Shown piece by piece: positions 53,647-64,000 of a DNA stretch of 64,000 nt. The stretch's first letter is position 1. Every line of letters begins with the position of its first letter. The notes under the pieces were generated by a model. The model ran no database searches. It was given only the letters and a program-made list of their open reading frames with translations, and had not been told where the DNA came from. A program made the translations under genes and the position numbers. This DNA comes from Octopus sinensis (lineage: Eukaryota): assembly GCF_006345805.1 (NCBI RefSeq), contig NC_043005.1:85436001-85500000 (forward strand). The letters run 5' to 3'.

Positions 53647-53689
<43 letters not shown>

Positions 53690-53694
53690 GAGAG

Positions 53695-54385
53695 CTGTTT
53701 CTTTTCAGTTTGATGTGGTCAACCTATTGAAATTTTATTACAAAGCATTTTTCTTTTTTCTATTCTTTCTTTTCTCTTTTCCCCCTTTTTTCCTTTCTCA
53801 TTGTTTACCCATCAACCTATTCATAAATAAATACATTTTCTCACAAGGGTCTTGACCTTTCAAGATGTCAGTTTCAGGAAGTAGGATGGGAAAGACATGA
53901 AAAGAAGGGAGGGTACTGAAAAATAAAGAAAGAGTTCAAAGTGTTATGAAAATATATATTCCTTTATGCTTGTTTAGTCAAATCCCATATTCTGTGTAAT
54001 TTCCATGTTCTGCCCAAACATTTCTGAATGTGAAACCAATGTTAAAAACGTGATACTCATCTCTATAAACGATCAGATATACTCGAGAAAGAATACTAGA
54101 ATCATTTTACCACTGATTAGGAAAAATATATAATGTAGCTAATTGGCAAAGTAATTCGTGAAAAAGATCTCTTTTGAATTCTCTTATCCAAGCAAAGAAG
54201 AAAAAGAAAAAGAAATTCTACAAAAGGATGAAAGATAAAAATATATTTAAGCATGTCCTGCTTTGTTATATAATTTATATCCTACGGAATGGTTTCCAGT
54301 TACGTATACAATATAGAGGTTATTACAAAAATCCCTAATGATGTTTGATTCAATGTACATGGAGAATAGACTGAATTATAAACAG

Positions 54386-54422
<37 letters not shown>

Positions 54423-55362
54423 TTAATGCCTGCTTTACACACTGGCATGGGTTGAACGGTTTGACTGAAAACTAGTAAGCCAGGAAGCTGCACCAGGTTC
54501 CGATCTGATTTGGCAAGGTTTCTACAGCTGGATGCCCTTCCTAATGCCAACCACTCCAAGAATGGAGTGGGTGTCTTTTTTACGTGTCACCAGCGTGGGT
54601 TGCCAGTGACCTGACACCGGTATTGGCCACGACTACGGTCTTGACAGGTCAACACAAGCACGGTATATAGCGAAAGGCCTTGGTCACCTGTCACTGCCTC
54701 CATGAGGCCCAACGCTCAAATGGTGCTTTTTACGTGTCACCAGCACGGGTGCCAGTCAGACAGCACTGGCATCGGCAACGACTACGATTTCACTCAGTTC
54801 AACAAGTACAGCATATCGTCCAATGATTGAAGGGTGCTTTTAACGGGCCAATCACACGACACTGGCTTCGGGCACGATTGTGATCTCACTTGGATTGCGG
54901 CATCGACTCTCACTTGGCTTGACGGGTCTTCTCAAGTATGGCATATCTCCAGGTACCAAACTCATTCTTTTTTTATATTCTGACTGTATTTTCCCAATTT
55001 ATGAATATTGTACTAATATTTAATGTTTGTTGGTGCAAAACATAGAATTACACAGAATATGGGACTTGACGAGAGACAAGTAAAGGAATATACGTTTCTA
55101 TAGAACTTTGAACCCTTTTTATTTGTCAGTGATGACCGCACCCCCACATCTTTTCTTGTCTTTCCCATCCAACTTCCTAATATTGACATCCTGAAAGGTC
55201 GCAAACCTTGTGAGAAAATGTATTTATTTACAAATAGGTTGATATGTGTACAATAGGAAATGCAAAAAGAGAAAAAGAGAAGAAAATTTAAGGATAATAA
55301 AAGAGAAAATTACTTTGCAGTCAAATTTCAATGGGTTAACCACGTCAAATTGAAAAGAAACC
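53695..55362. repeat. Diverged inverted repeat pair (~330-bp arms) around a ~1-kb spacer
   Basis: 53695-54020 versus 55027-55362, e.g. cccatattctgtgtaatt / aattacacagaatatggg and ggatgggaaagaca / tgtctttcccatcc. Confidence 0.8.
54386..54945 (-). mobile_element. Repeat family C
   Basis: (CAT)n tail plus a duplicated module region. Confidence 0.85.
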
Positions 55363-55711
55363 TCTGTCTGTCTGTCTATTTATCTATCTATCCTTTCCCA
55401 ACCCTCTCATTGTTTGCCTATTAAACTCATTTATTTTCATATTTCATGTTGTTTACTGTTGGTGACGTCTTATACACACATATGTATTTATATATATCAT
55501 ATTTATCATTATAGATATAGGGTAAAAATTATTAATTTATAATTAATAAATTTCACCAAGTAGTTTCGGTATGAAAAAGAACCATATTCGGTAAAAACTT
55601 ATACAAGAAGTTTTATATATAATTATAACAATAATTAAGGGTTTATACAACAATTAAGGGTTTAGCAACAAGTTGGTACGTGGTTAAGCAACTTGTTGTT
55701 AAACCCTTAAT

Positions 55712-55751
<40 letters not shown>

Positions 55752-56645
55752 ATATATATGTGAGAAATTCTGTCTGTGGGTGTGTTTGTAGAGTTGTTAG
55801 CTAACTCATACATCGTTTTATGGATTTTGATGAAACTTAATACGTGAACGGAACTCATGTCTGGAAACCTCATGGCATACTCAGATTGTTGCAAAAATCG
55901 ATAAGAGGGCCCTGGAAAAAATCCTTATATATAGAATATATTTCATTTTAACATCCAAGGGAAATAACCCATTCGCCTAGATTTTAATACCCAAAGGATA
56001 TAAACCATTCATTTTCCTAAATTATTTATTAAAAATGAAATGAATATGCTTATTTCTTAGTATTTGAACTGTTAGAGTTATTTTCGCAATTTATCCAGTA
56101 CAAGCCTTAAACAAGTAAATAGTATTTTCCTAAACAATAGATCCATTTATTTCACTTAGGGACTTATTCACGATTATACCAACACTAGCGCTGCTGAGGG
56201 TAAAATTCTCTGGGAATGCACAAAAGTCCTTTTCAGAGATATTTACTTTGAATTGTTATTATTTCATATCTGATTAGCCTGTTATTACGTAACATGCTTC
56301 ACGATTTTAGTATACATATCTTATTAGTATTTCCTCCTATGTTCTATATACTCTGGGAATGCATTAAAGCCCTTTTCGGGCCTACTTTATTTGAATTCTT
56401 ACTATCGGGTAACTAATTTCATGTTATTATATAACTGACTTCATAATTTGGGTATTCATATCTTATTGGGAATTCCTAAAAACAAGATACCGTGTAAGAC
56501 ATTCGGTATTATCTGTAAATGCAGAAAACCCATTTTAAGGGCTACATACTTTGTATTGTTGTTATTGGATTAACGAAACAATTATGAGAACGGAAACAAA
56601 GGATAAGCCCCGCTTTCCCGGGAATTACCGGGTACGACAGCTAAT
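55752..56645 (+). mobile_element. Helitron-like non-autonomous element (~0.9 kb)
   Basis: 5' tctgtctgtg...ggattttgatgaaactt. 3' hairpin cccgggaattaccggg followed by CTAA|t. Confidence 0.6.
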
Positions 56646-56752
56646 AATTTTATTTGTATCGTTTTTTGTCACATGTTTAACTTTCCTTGTTTTTACCCCT
56701 CTGCGAGGTAATTTTATTTAATTCCTTCGCAGGAAGGATTAGTTCCACGAGT

Positions 56753-56812
56753 CGTGTTCTGTCCAACCTTCGAAACACGCTGGAGTTGAACTAGGGACAG
56801 CTGATGAAGGGG
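56753..56812 (+). ncRNA. Candidate non-circularly-permuted hammerhead ribozyme
   Basis: cgtgt-T-ctgtcc-aa-ccttc-GAAAcacg-(15 nt)-ggacag-CTGATGA-agggg. Confidence 0.52.
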
Positions 56813-57854
56813 ATTTTTCCTTGTGTAGTTTGTCTTGTACTCTGTTTTTTTCCGTTTAGGTCCGTTTCCACGTTTGTTTTTACGTTTTCGTTTCTCGTTG
56901 AGTTCTACGTCTATTTGTGGTGTCCTGTACTCACGTATATATATTTATATATGCATGTATATATACATGTAGATGTAGGTACGTACATATATGTATGTAT
57001 GTATGCATATATTTTATTTATTTACCCCTCTGCGAGGTAATTTTATTTAATTCCTTCGCAGGAAGGACTAGTTCCACGAGTCGTGTTCTGTCCAACCTTC
57101 GAAACACGTATATATATTTATATATGCATGTATATATGCATGTATATATATATATGAATGTATATATGCATGTATATATACATGTTTTTACGTTTTCGTT
57201 TCTCGTTGAGTTCTACGTCTATTTGTGGTGTTCTGTACTCACGTATATATATATTTATATATGCATGTATATATACATGTAGATGTAGGTACGTACATAT
57301 ATGTATGTTAGTAAGCATATATTTTATTTATTACACTATTGTATGACTGAGCGCCCTCGCGTCGATTCGATTCGTTTTCGTTTCGTTTCATCTCCTCCAA
57401 GTAAGTTTTGCTATTTATAATTGTGACGCGAAACTCTACAGCTCTTTGCTTGACCTTCTCTTCCTTCCCTATCTCCCTCTCTCTCTCACAGCCGCTTGTC
57501 TTCCTCTATCTCTCTCTCTCACTCCTCCTCATCTCTTTCACAGCCGGGCGAGTTGCTTCCTTTTGCTGCTGGCATTCTAACAGTGAACACTGTTCTTCTA
57601 GCGTTCTTAGAATCTTTCCTCGTGTAGGCCAGCATTAAGGCCCTCATTGTCTGTTTTTTTGTTTGTTTTATTTCTTGTACTGTATTTTTCGTACTTGTAA
57701 ATTTATTCTGTACTTTTATTTTTTTCTTATTTTTGTATTTTATTTTGTAATTTTATTTGTATCGTTTTTTTCACATGTTTAACTTTCCTTGTTTTTACCC
57801 CTCTGCGAGGTAATTTTATTTAATTCCTTCGCAGGAAGGAATAGTTCTACGAGT

Positions 57855-57914
57855 CGTGTTCTGTCCAACCTTCGAAACACGCTGGAGTTGAACTAGGGAC
57901 AGCTGATGAAGGGG
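57855..57914 (+). ncRNA. Candidate non-circularly-permuted hammerhead ribozyme (second repeat)
   Basis: Identical to 56753-56812. Confidence 0.52.
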
Positions 57915-58125
57915 ATTTTTCCTTGTGCAGTTTGTCTTGTACTCTGATTTTTTCCGTTTAGGTCCGTTTCCACGTTTGTTTTTACGTTTTCGTTTCTCGT
58001 TGAGTTCTACGTCTATTCGTGGTGTCCTGTACTCACGTATATATATTTATATATGCATGTATATATACATGTAGATGTAGGTACGTACATATATGTATGT
58101 ATGTATGCATATATTTTATTTATTA

Positions 58126-58181
<56 letters not shown>

Positions 58182-59380
58182 TCATCATCGTCGTCATCAT
58201 CATCATCAGGTTTCCATGCTGGCATGAGTTGTATATTATATAAATATATATGTATGTATACAAGCAAGTCTACATATATTGTATCATTATGTTATACCCT
58301 AGGGCTCCCACTTAATACAAACATTGTTAGCCAATAAGAAAAAGGAAATCATTACAATAGATACCTGTTGAATATGTTTTATTAAAAATGGACAATCGAA
58401 CAATACTTACGTTACTGCACTCACAGTTTCTATAAAACCTGTACGTGCAGATGTACAGAGATACAAATATTCCTAATCAATCTCTCTCACACACACACAC
58501 ACACAGCTGGAATTTGCAAAAAAAAACAAAAACAAAAGATGAAGACGGGTGTATAAACAACAAAGATATGTATTAGTTCAATGTTTGGGGAGTGAGAAAG
58601 TCTTTTACGTTTTGAGCCTACGCTCTTCAACAGAAAGGAAGACACACACACATACACACTCAAATACATGTGTCTAAATATATAAACACACATACACACA
58701 TATACATACACACTCATATACATGTCTATATATATACACACACTTATATACATGTGTATGTATATATTTATTTTCAATGGCAATATATATTCATATATAT
58801 TGATATAGATACGTTTAATACACACACACATGCATAACCATGTGTCTATGTTTGTGTATGCATATATCACTTGGTGATATACATGCATATATGCATATAT
58901 GTACATAGATAAGTTTTCTCCTCACATGCACTTGCAAATATATATATATATATGTGTGTGTGTGTATATATACATATCCATGCTTATGTATCTATGTATA
59001 TTATATGTACATATATATATATAAATATATATATAAATATATATACAGGCACCCACATATATTTATATATATATGTATATGTATATATAAATATATATAT
59101 ATCTATCAATGCATATGTGTATGTATCTATGTATATACCTATCTATATATATGTATATGTGTATATGTGTATGGCTATAAACACAACAAATAAATGTTAC
59201 AGTAAAATTTGAATACGAAGGAGAAGTTAATTATTGATGAAGTATTTTTGTCACTTCTGTTCAAAACACAGATTAAAATCTCTAATATTTAGATCATCTC
59301 TTTAAATATTCATAATCCACAATTTGCTGTAATTCACCATCAAGACTATCGCTGTTCCTATTGACAAAAGTTTTGATGTA

Positions 59381-59545
59381 GGCGCAGGTGTGGCTGTGTG
59401 GTAGGAAGCTTCCCTCCTAACCACATGGTTCTAGGTTCAGTCCTAATGCTTGGCATCTTGGGTAAGTGTTTTTACTATAGCCTTGGACTGACCATAGACT
59501 TGTGAGTGGATTTGGTAGACCAAAACTGAAAGAAGCCCATCATAT
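59381..59545 (+). mobile_element. SINE family B, 5' half
   Basis: ggcgcaggtgtggctgtgtggtagg...ctgaaagaagccc. Confidence 0.85.
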
Positions 59546-59629
59546 GTATATATATGTACACAAACATACACACACACGCACACACACACACACACACATA
59601 TACATACATATACATACACAAACACATAT

Positions 59630-59800
59630 ATAGGGAGAATTCACAAAAAAAAACAAAAGACGAAGACAGGTGGTGTAGACAACAAACAGATGTATTAGTA
59701 TAACGCTCGGAAATTGAAAAAGTCTTTAACGTTTCGAGCCTACGCTCTTCCACAGAAAGGAACACAGAAGAAACAAGGAGAGAAAATAAAAATGTGTAGC
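59630..59800 (-). mobile_element. Family F element
   Basis: Minus strand cttt-CTGTGGA-agagcgtaggctc-GAAACGTT-aaag. A similar copy lies at 58520-58645. Confidence 0.6.
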
Positions 59801-60058
59801 GACTATGTATGTATATATGTACACACGTATGTATGTGTATACATGTATGTATGTATGTATGTATGTATGTATGTATGTATGTATGTATGTATGTATATTT
59901 TATGTATTTATTTATGTGTGTGTGTCTCAAGACTATTGAAAAGTTTGCAAGACGCAACGAAAATTTTAGGAAAATAAAAATAAGAAATAAGTGTAAATTT
60001 TACCGGTGAGTGTGTTACAATATAAGGCATAAAAAGAAAATGACTCTCCCCAGGCACC

Positions 60059-60606
60059 TCATCATCATCACCATCATCGTTTAACGTCCGCTTTCCATGC
60101 TAGCATGGGTTGGACGATTTGACTGAGAACCGGCGAACCAGATGGCTGCACCAGGCTCCAATCTTGATCTAGCAGAGCTTCTACAGCTTGATGCCCTTCC
60201 TAACGCCAACCTCTCCGAGAGTGTAGTGGGTACTTTTACGTGCCATCGGCACGGAGCCAGTCAGGCGGTCCTGGCAACGACCTCGCTCGAATGCTTTTTC
60301 CCGCGCCGCCGGCACAAGTGCCAATAAGGCGACGCTTGTAACGATCACGCTGGATAGTGCCTTTTACGTGCCACCGGCATGGAAGCCAGTTAGCCGCTCT
60401 GGCAATGATCACGCTCGGATGGTGCTCTTAGCACCCCACTAGCACGGGGCAAAAGTGCCAGTAAGGCGACGCTGGTAACAATCACACTCGAATGGTGTCT
60501 TTTACGTACCATTGGCACAGGCCACATGTGCCGCTCTGTCAACGATCACACTCGGATGGTGCTCTTTGCGACCCACTAGCACAGATGCCAGTTATTGAAT
60601 TTGATT
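60059..60606 (-). mobile_element. Repeat family C with many tandem modules
   Basis: (CAT)n-cgtttaacgtccgctttccatgctagc..., then repeated gatcac(g/a)ctcg.atggtg modules. Confidence 0.88.
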
Positions 60607-60617
60607 ACACACACACG

Positions 60618-60671
<54 letters not shown>

Positions 60672-60675
60672 CACA

Positions 60676-61213
60676 CAAGAGTGAGTAAAATAATAATGCC
60701 ATTTTCTTTAGGACAGGTATAATTACCAACACACGAACATGTATCATACATCAAAATGAGGCTGGTCCTCTGTGGATCACATCCCTACTTCTCAACATAG
60801 TCACCGTTTCTCTCAATAGCAATGTTCCACATTCGAATGAGATCACGTATCCCTGCCCCGTAGAATTCTGTTGACTGCTCTTTGAGCCACTTCTTCACTA
60901 CAGTTTTCACTTCCTATCATCTCTTTGGTCCCATGAAAGAGGATTTGAGAGGTAAACATTATTCCAGTGATGGGGAAGTGTAAACTGTAGTGAAGAAGTG
61001 GCTCAAAGAACAGTCAACAGAATTTTACGGGGCAGGGATACATGCTCTCATTTGAAGGTGGAACATTGCTATCGAGATAAACGGTGACTATGTCGAGGGG
61101 TAGGGATGTGATCCAGAGAGGACCAGCTTCATTTTGATGTATGATACATGTTCCTGTGTTGGTAATTATACCTGTCCTAAACAAAATGGCATTACTTTTT
61201 GACCCACCCTCAT
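60676..61213. mobile_element. Fold-back MITE built from two mariner 3' ends
   Basis: Arms 60676-60914 and 60973-61213 are inverted. Plus strand from 60915 reads YHLFGPMKEDLRGKHYSSDGEV*TVVKKWLKEQSTEFYGAGIHALI*RWNIAIEINGDYVE. Confidence 0.88.
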
Positions 61214-61241
61214 ATACATATATATATATATATTAATATAT

Positions 61242-61289
<48 letters not shown>

Positions 61290-61428
61290 TGGTATTGGTA
61301 TCCAGAAGACCCAAGATGGCAGATAAGGCTAAATAAGTGCTATGGGAAGACTGTAGTTAGGTTCTTGTCTTGGCTCAGTAATAATACAAGAGAGGCGTCT
61401 AATCCACACCTTGTGCGACCATGTGTAA

Positions 61429-61568
61429 GTTAAATAAAATGAGACAACAAAACTAAAGCTGTGTGGAATTAATAGGACATTTATAAAGAGAAAGGTTGTC
61501 TACCTTTTTCTTTATTAATGTCTTATAAATTCCACACAGCCTTGGTTTTTTGTCTCATTTTATTTAAC
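61429..61568. repeat. Imperfect 140-bp palindrome
   Basis: ttaaataaaatgagacaa...gctgtgtggaatt...aaaggt / acctttt...aattccacacagc...ttgtctcattttatttaa. Confidence 0.85.
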
Positions 61569-62392
61569 ACACACACACACACACACACGCACGTACACAC
61601 ACACACACATACACGTACACTCAATATATACATACATATGCATACACATGTATAGTTTATGTATATATGTATATATAAATATAGTGTCTGCTCTATATAA
61701 CACAATATATAGCACTTCTGCTATATATAATACAATTTGGATATATATTCGATATCTATTTGTAGATACATTGTAGGCTTGCTGCCTGAAACCTGCCATA
61801 CTGTTTCTGTGTCTTCGGTTGGCGCTTTGCCATAATTGTCACTAAACCAGCTGCCATTTTTGCATTTATTTCTCTTGTAATGTTACAGAACATTTTGATA
61901 TGTATTCGTTTTTCCGAAATAAATTTTCTTTTGAAGTGCATATAACAGTTAGAACAGGCTGTTTAATTTGTCACTGATTGACAACCAATAAAAATATTGT
62001 GAAGAAATATCGATAAACTCTGCCATTACGCTAGAAATCTAACAGCTATTTATCAATTTACACTTTCAGTTAAAAACTAATGGAATAAATTGCATTAGAT
62101 TCCAGAATTGCCAGAGAACGATGCCATCAGAGGTATGAGGAATAGTAACTCCTCAGTTTAAACCATTTTATTCTCCCGTGTGATTGAACAAGAATGTGTT
62201 ATGATGTCATTAAAATCTATCCCTGGGGGAGTTTAATGACGTAAATGTAAATAAATTTTGTATTTATCGTTAGTTAGATGTTTGATTGTGTTAGAGGGGT
62301 GTGGCGAATAACCTCCGAAAATAGGCAAAACTGAAGTGTTAATTAGTTTGTTGCTCACACATTTATAGCGATAACGATGCGGGATATGTCTC

Positions 62393-62770
62393 TTATCTTT
62401 CACTTGTTTCACTCTATAGACTGCGGCCATGCTGGGGCACCACCTTGAAGAATTCGTAATTAAAAAAAAACAACAAAAAACGGTAATTATTCTTATTTCA
62501 AGCCTGGTACTTATTCTATCAGTCTCTTTTGCCAAACTGCTAATATATGAGGATGTAAACACACCAACACAGGTTATCAAATGAGGGTGGGGGAACAAAC
62601 ACAGATACAAAAATGCCCCCCCCCCCGCATACACTTATATCTATGTGTGTGTGTGTGTGTCTGCATCCGTGTTTGTTCCCCACCCCCATTCTACAAACGA
62701 TGTTGGTGTGTTTACATCCCCATAACTTAGCAGTTAGACAAAAGAATCTGATAGAATAAACACCAGGATA
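62393..62770. mobile_element. Two SINE family B 3' halves in inverted orientation
   Basis: 62393-62612 on the minus strand and 62645-62770 on the plus strand. Confidence 0.7.
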
Positions 62771-62779
62771 TGGAAATGG

Positions 62780-63190
62780 TGTCTTCAGTTGAAAGAAATA
62801 TGTCAAATGTCTACAGAGTCATGTCTTGCAAACAACTTGCACATGCAAGTGCTACCAGTCGAGAACTCTGCATGTCAGAAGCCAGCAAGTGTATGGGGTC
62901 ATCAGGAGAGAATGCACGCCGTTTCAGGGCCTATCTCTTCACAGCATCGATGCGCACCAGCCCCACTCATGGATATGAGGCCCTGCTTGATTCATTATCT
63001 CTTTTTAACCAAATCTAGTAGCTGGCCTTCTCCACTGTAGTTTGGATATCAGTCATGGTGGTATTGACTTTACGATGAGTTAGGCCTAGCGATAACAACA
63101 GTCGTCTCACACTCTGTCCATCAAACCCTCCGCATCCAACTTCGATTGGAAAATGCTCCGCTTTCCAGCCTGTGTCATCACATGATGGTA
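62780..63190 (-). pseudogene. 3' end of an RLE-type non-LTR retrotransposon (HERO-like)
   Basis: GWKAEHFPIEVGCGGF.GQS..RLL..LGL......TVEKASY*IW resembles the PIEVGCRGF C-terminus of the restriction-like endonuclease. Confidence 0.7.
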
Positions 63191-63642
63191 GAATATGAGA
63201 GGTATAAAGTTCCAGTGGTAATCTAGGTGGAGTGGTGGTAATTTGGTTCAGGAGAGGTAACAAAGGTCTATGAAAGAGTCAGGAAAGGAGATGTGGGTCC
63301 AAGAGAGGAGGAAGTTTGGTCAGGCAGGATCAAACTTGGATGACTACATGAATGTATATTATATATGGTTCAAAATTGTAAAAGGAAAATAAAAGACAAA
63401 TGACAGAGACAGATGAGGGAACAACAAATAAGGCATATGAGTCTGATGCACATGAAAAATGGAAGTGTCTTTGATATATATATAGATATATATATATATA
63501 ATTATAAATTAGTTATAAGAATTCAATAGAATCTAGGCACATCAGCATGTAGGATGCCAGAAATGGCTAGGTACAATAACATATAATTTACATTGAAGTA
63601 AACAACAATGAAGGTATCAAGAGCTGGTAGGATACCAATATA

Positions 63643-63868
63643 TCATCATCATCATCATCATCACTTAATGTCTGTTTTCCATGCTAGCATGGGTTGGATG
63701 GTTTGATCAGAGCTGGCAAGCCAGAGAGCTGCAACAAGTTCCTGTCTGATTTGGTCAGATGCCCTTCCTAAAACCATCCACTTAACAGTGTGTACTGGAT
63801 GCTTTTAATCTGGCATCTCATGAACGCTTTTACGTGGCATTGGCACAAGTGCTTTTAATGTGGAACCT
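63643..63868 (-). mobile_element. Repeat family C, degenerate
   Basis: (CAT)n...ttccatgctagcatgggttggatggtttga. Confidence 0.8.
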
Positions 63869-63877
63869 GTATATATA

Positions 63878-64000
63878 CAGTTCTATATTTAAGAGATGAG
63901 GAATTATATACATTATTTACATTATATACATTATTTACATTTGATGGATATTTGTCCTCATCTTGTTTGTTGTTAACACAACGTTTCAGCTAATATACCC
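63878..64000 (-). mobile_element. Tail of the tRNA-head/hammerhead element, cut by the window edge
   Basis: Nearly identical to 30865-30980. Confidence 0.8.

Larger units (their letters stand above)
56645..58128 (+). mobile_element. Family P element with ~380-bp near-identical direct repeats (56645-57025, 57747-58128) and a partial internal duplicate
   Basis: Direct alignment by eye. Pyrimidine-rich spacer at 57345-57745. Confidence 0.8.

Overview
AT-rich eukaryotic genomic DNA, most likely from an octopus. The organism call is an inference from the SINE families and the extreme (TA)n/(CA)n/(AAT)n/(ATGT)n load. No intact host gene is evident, and nearly all listed ORFs are translations of microsatellites. 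The window is a transposon graveyard. It holds about 25 copies of three SINE-like families, a fourth tRNA-headed SINE, a full-length but broken mariner (27464-28751), other Tc1/mariner remnants, Helitron/Helentron non-autonomous elements, hAT and piggyBac MITEs, a short solo LTR, RTE and RLE-type LINE fragments, and a Penelope-like GIY-YIG remnant. The most notable signal is a dense set of hammerhead ribozyme (HHR) motifs in short, Penelope-like non-coding elements. These include (i) a ~490-bp tandem array with one type I HHR per unit (retrozyme-like), (ii) a tRNA-headed element with an HHR tail, and (iii) a family whose three hammerhead strands occur in a non-circularly-permuted, pseudoknotted order, with helices I and III covarying between copies. 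All structures were read by eye, ribozyme activity is untested, and repeat boundaries are approximate unless termini or TSDs are quoted.
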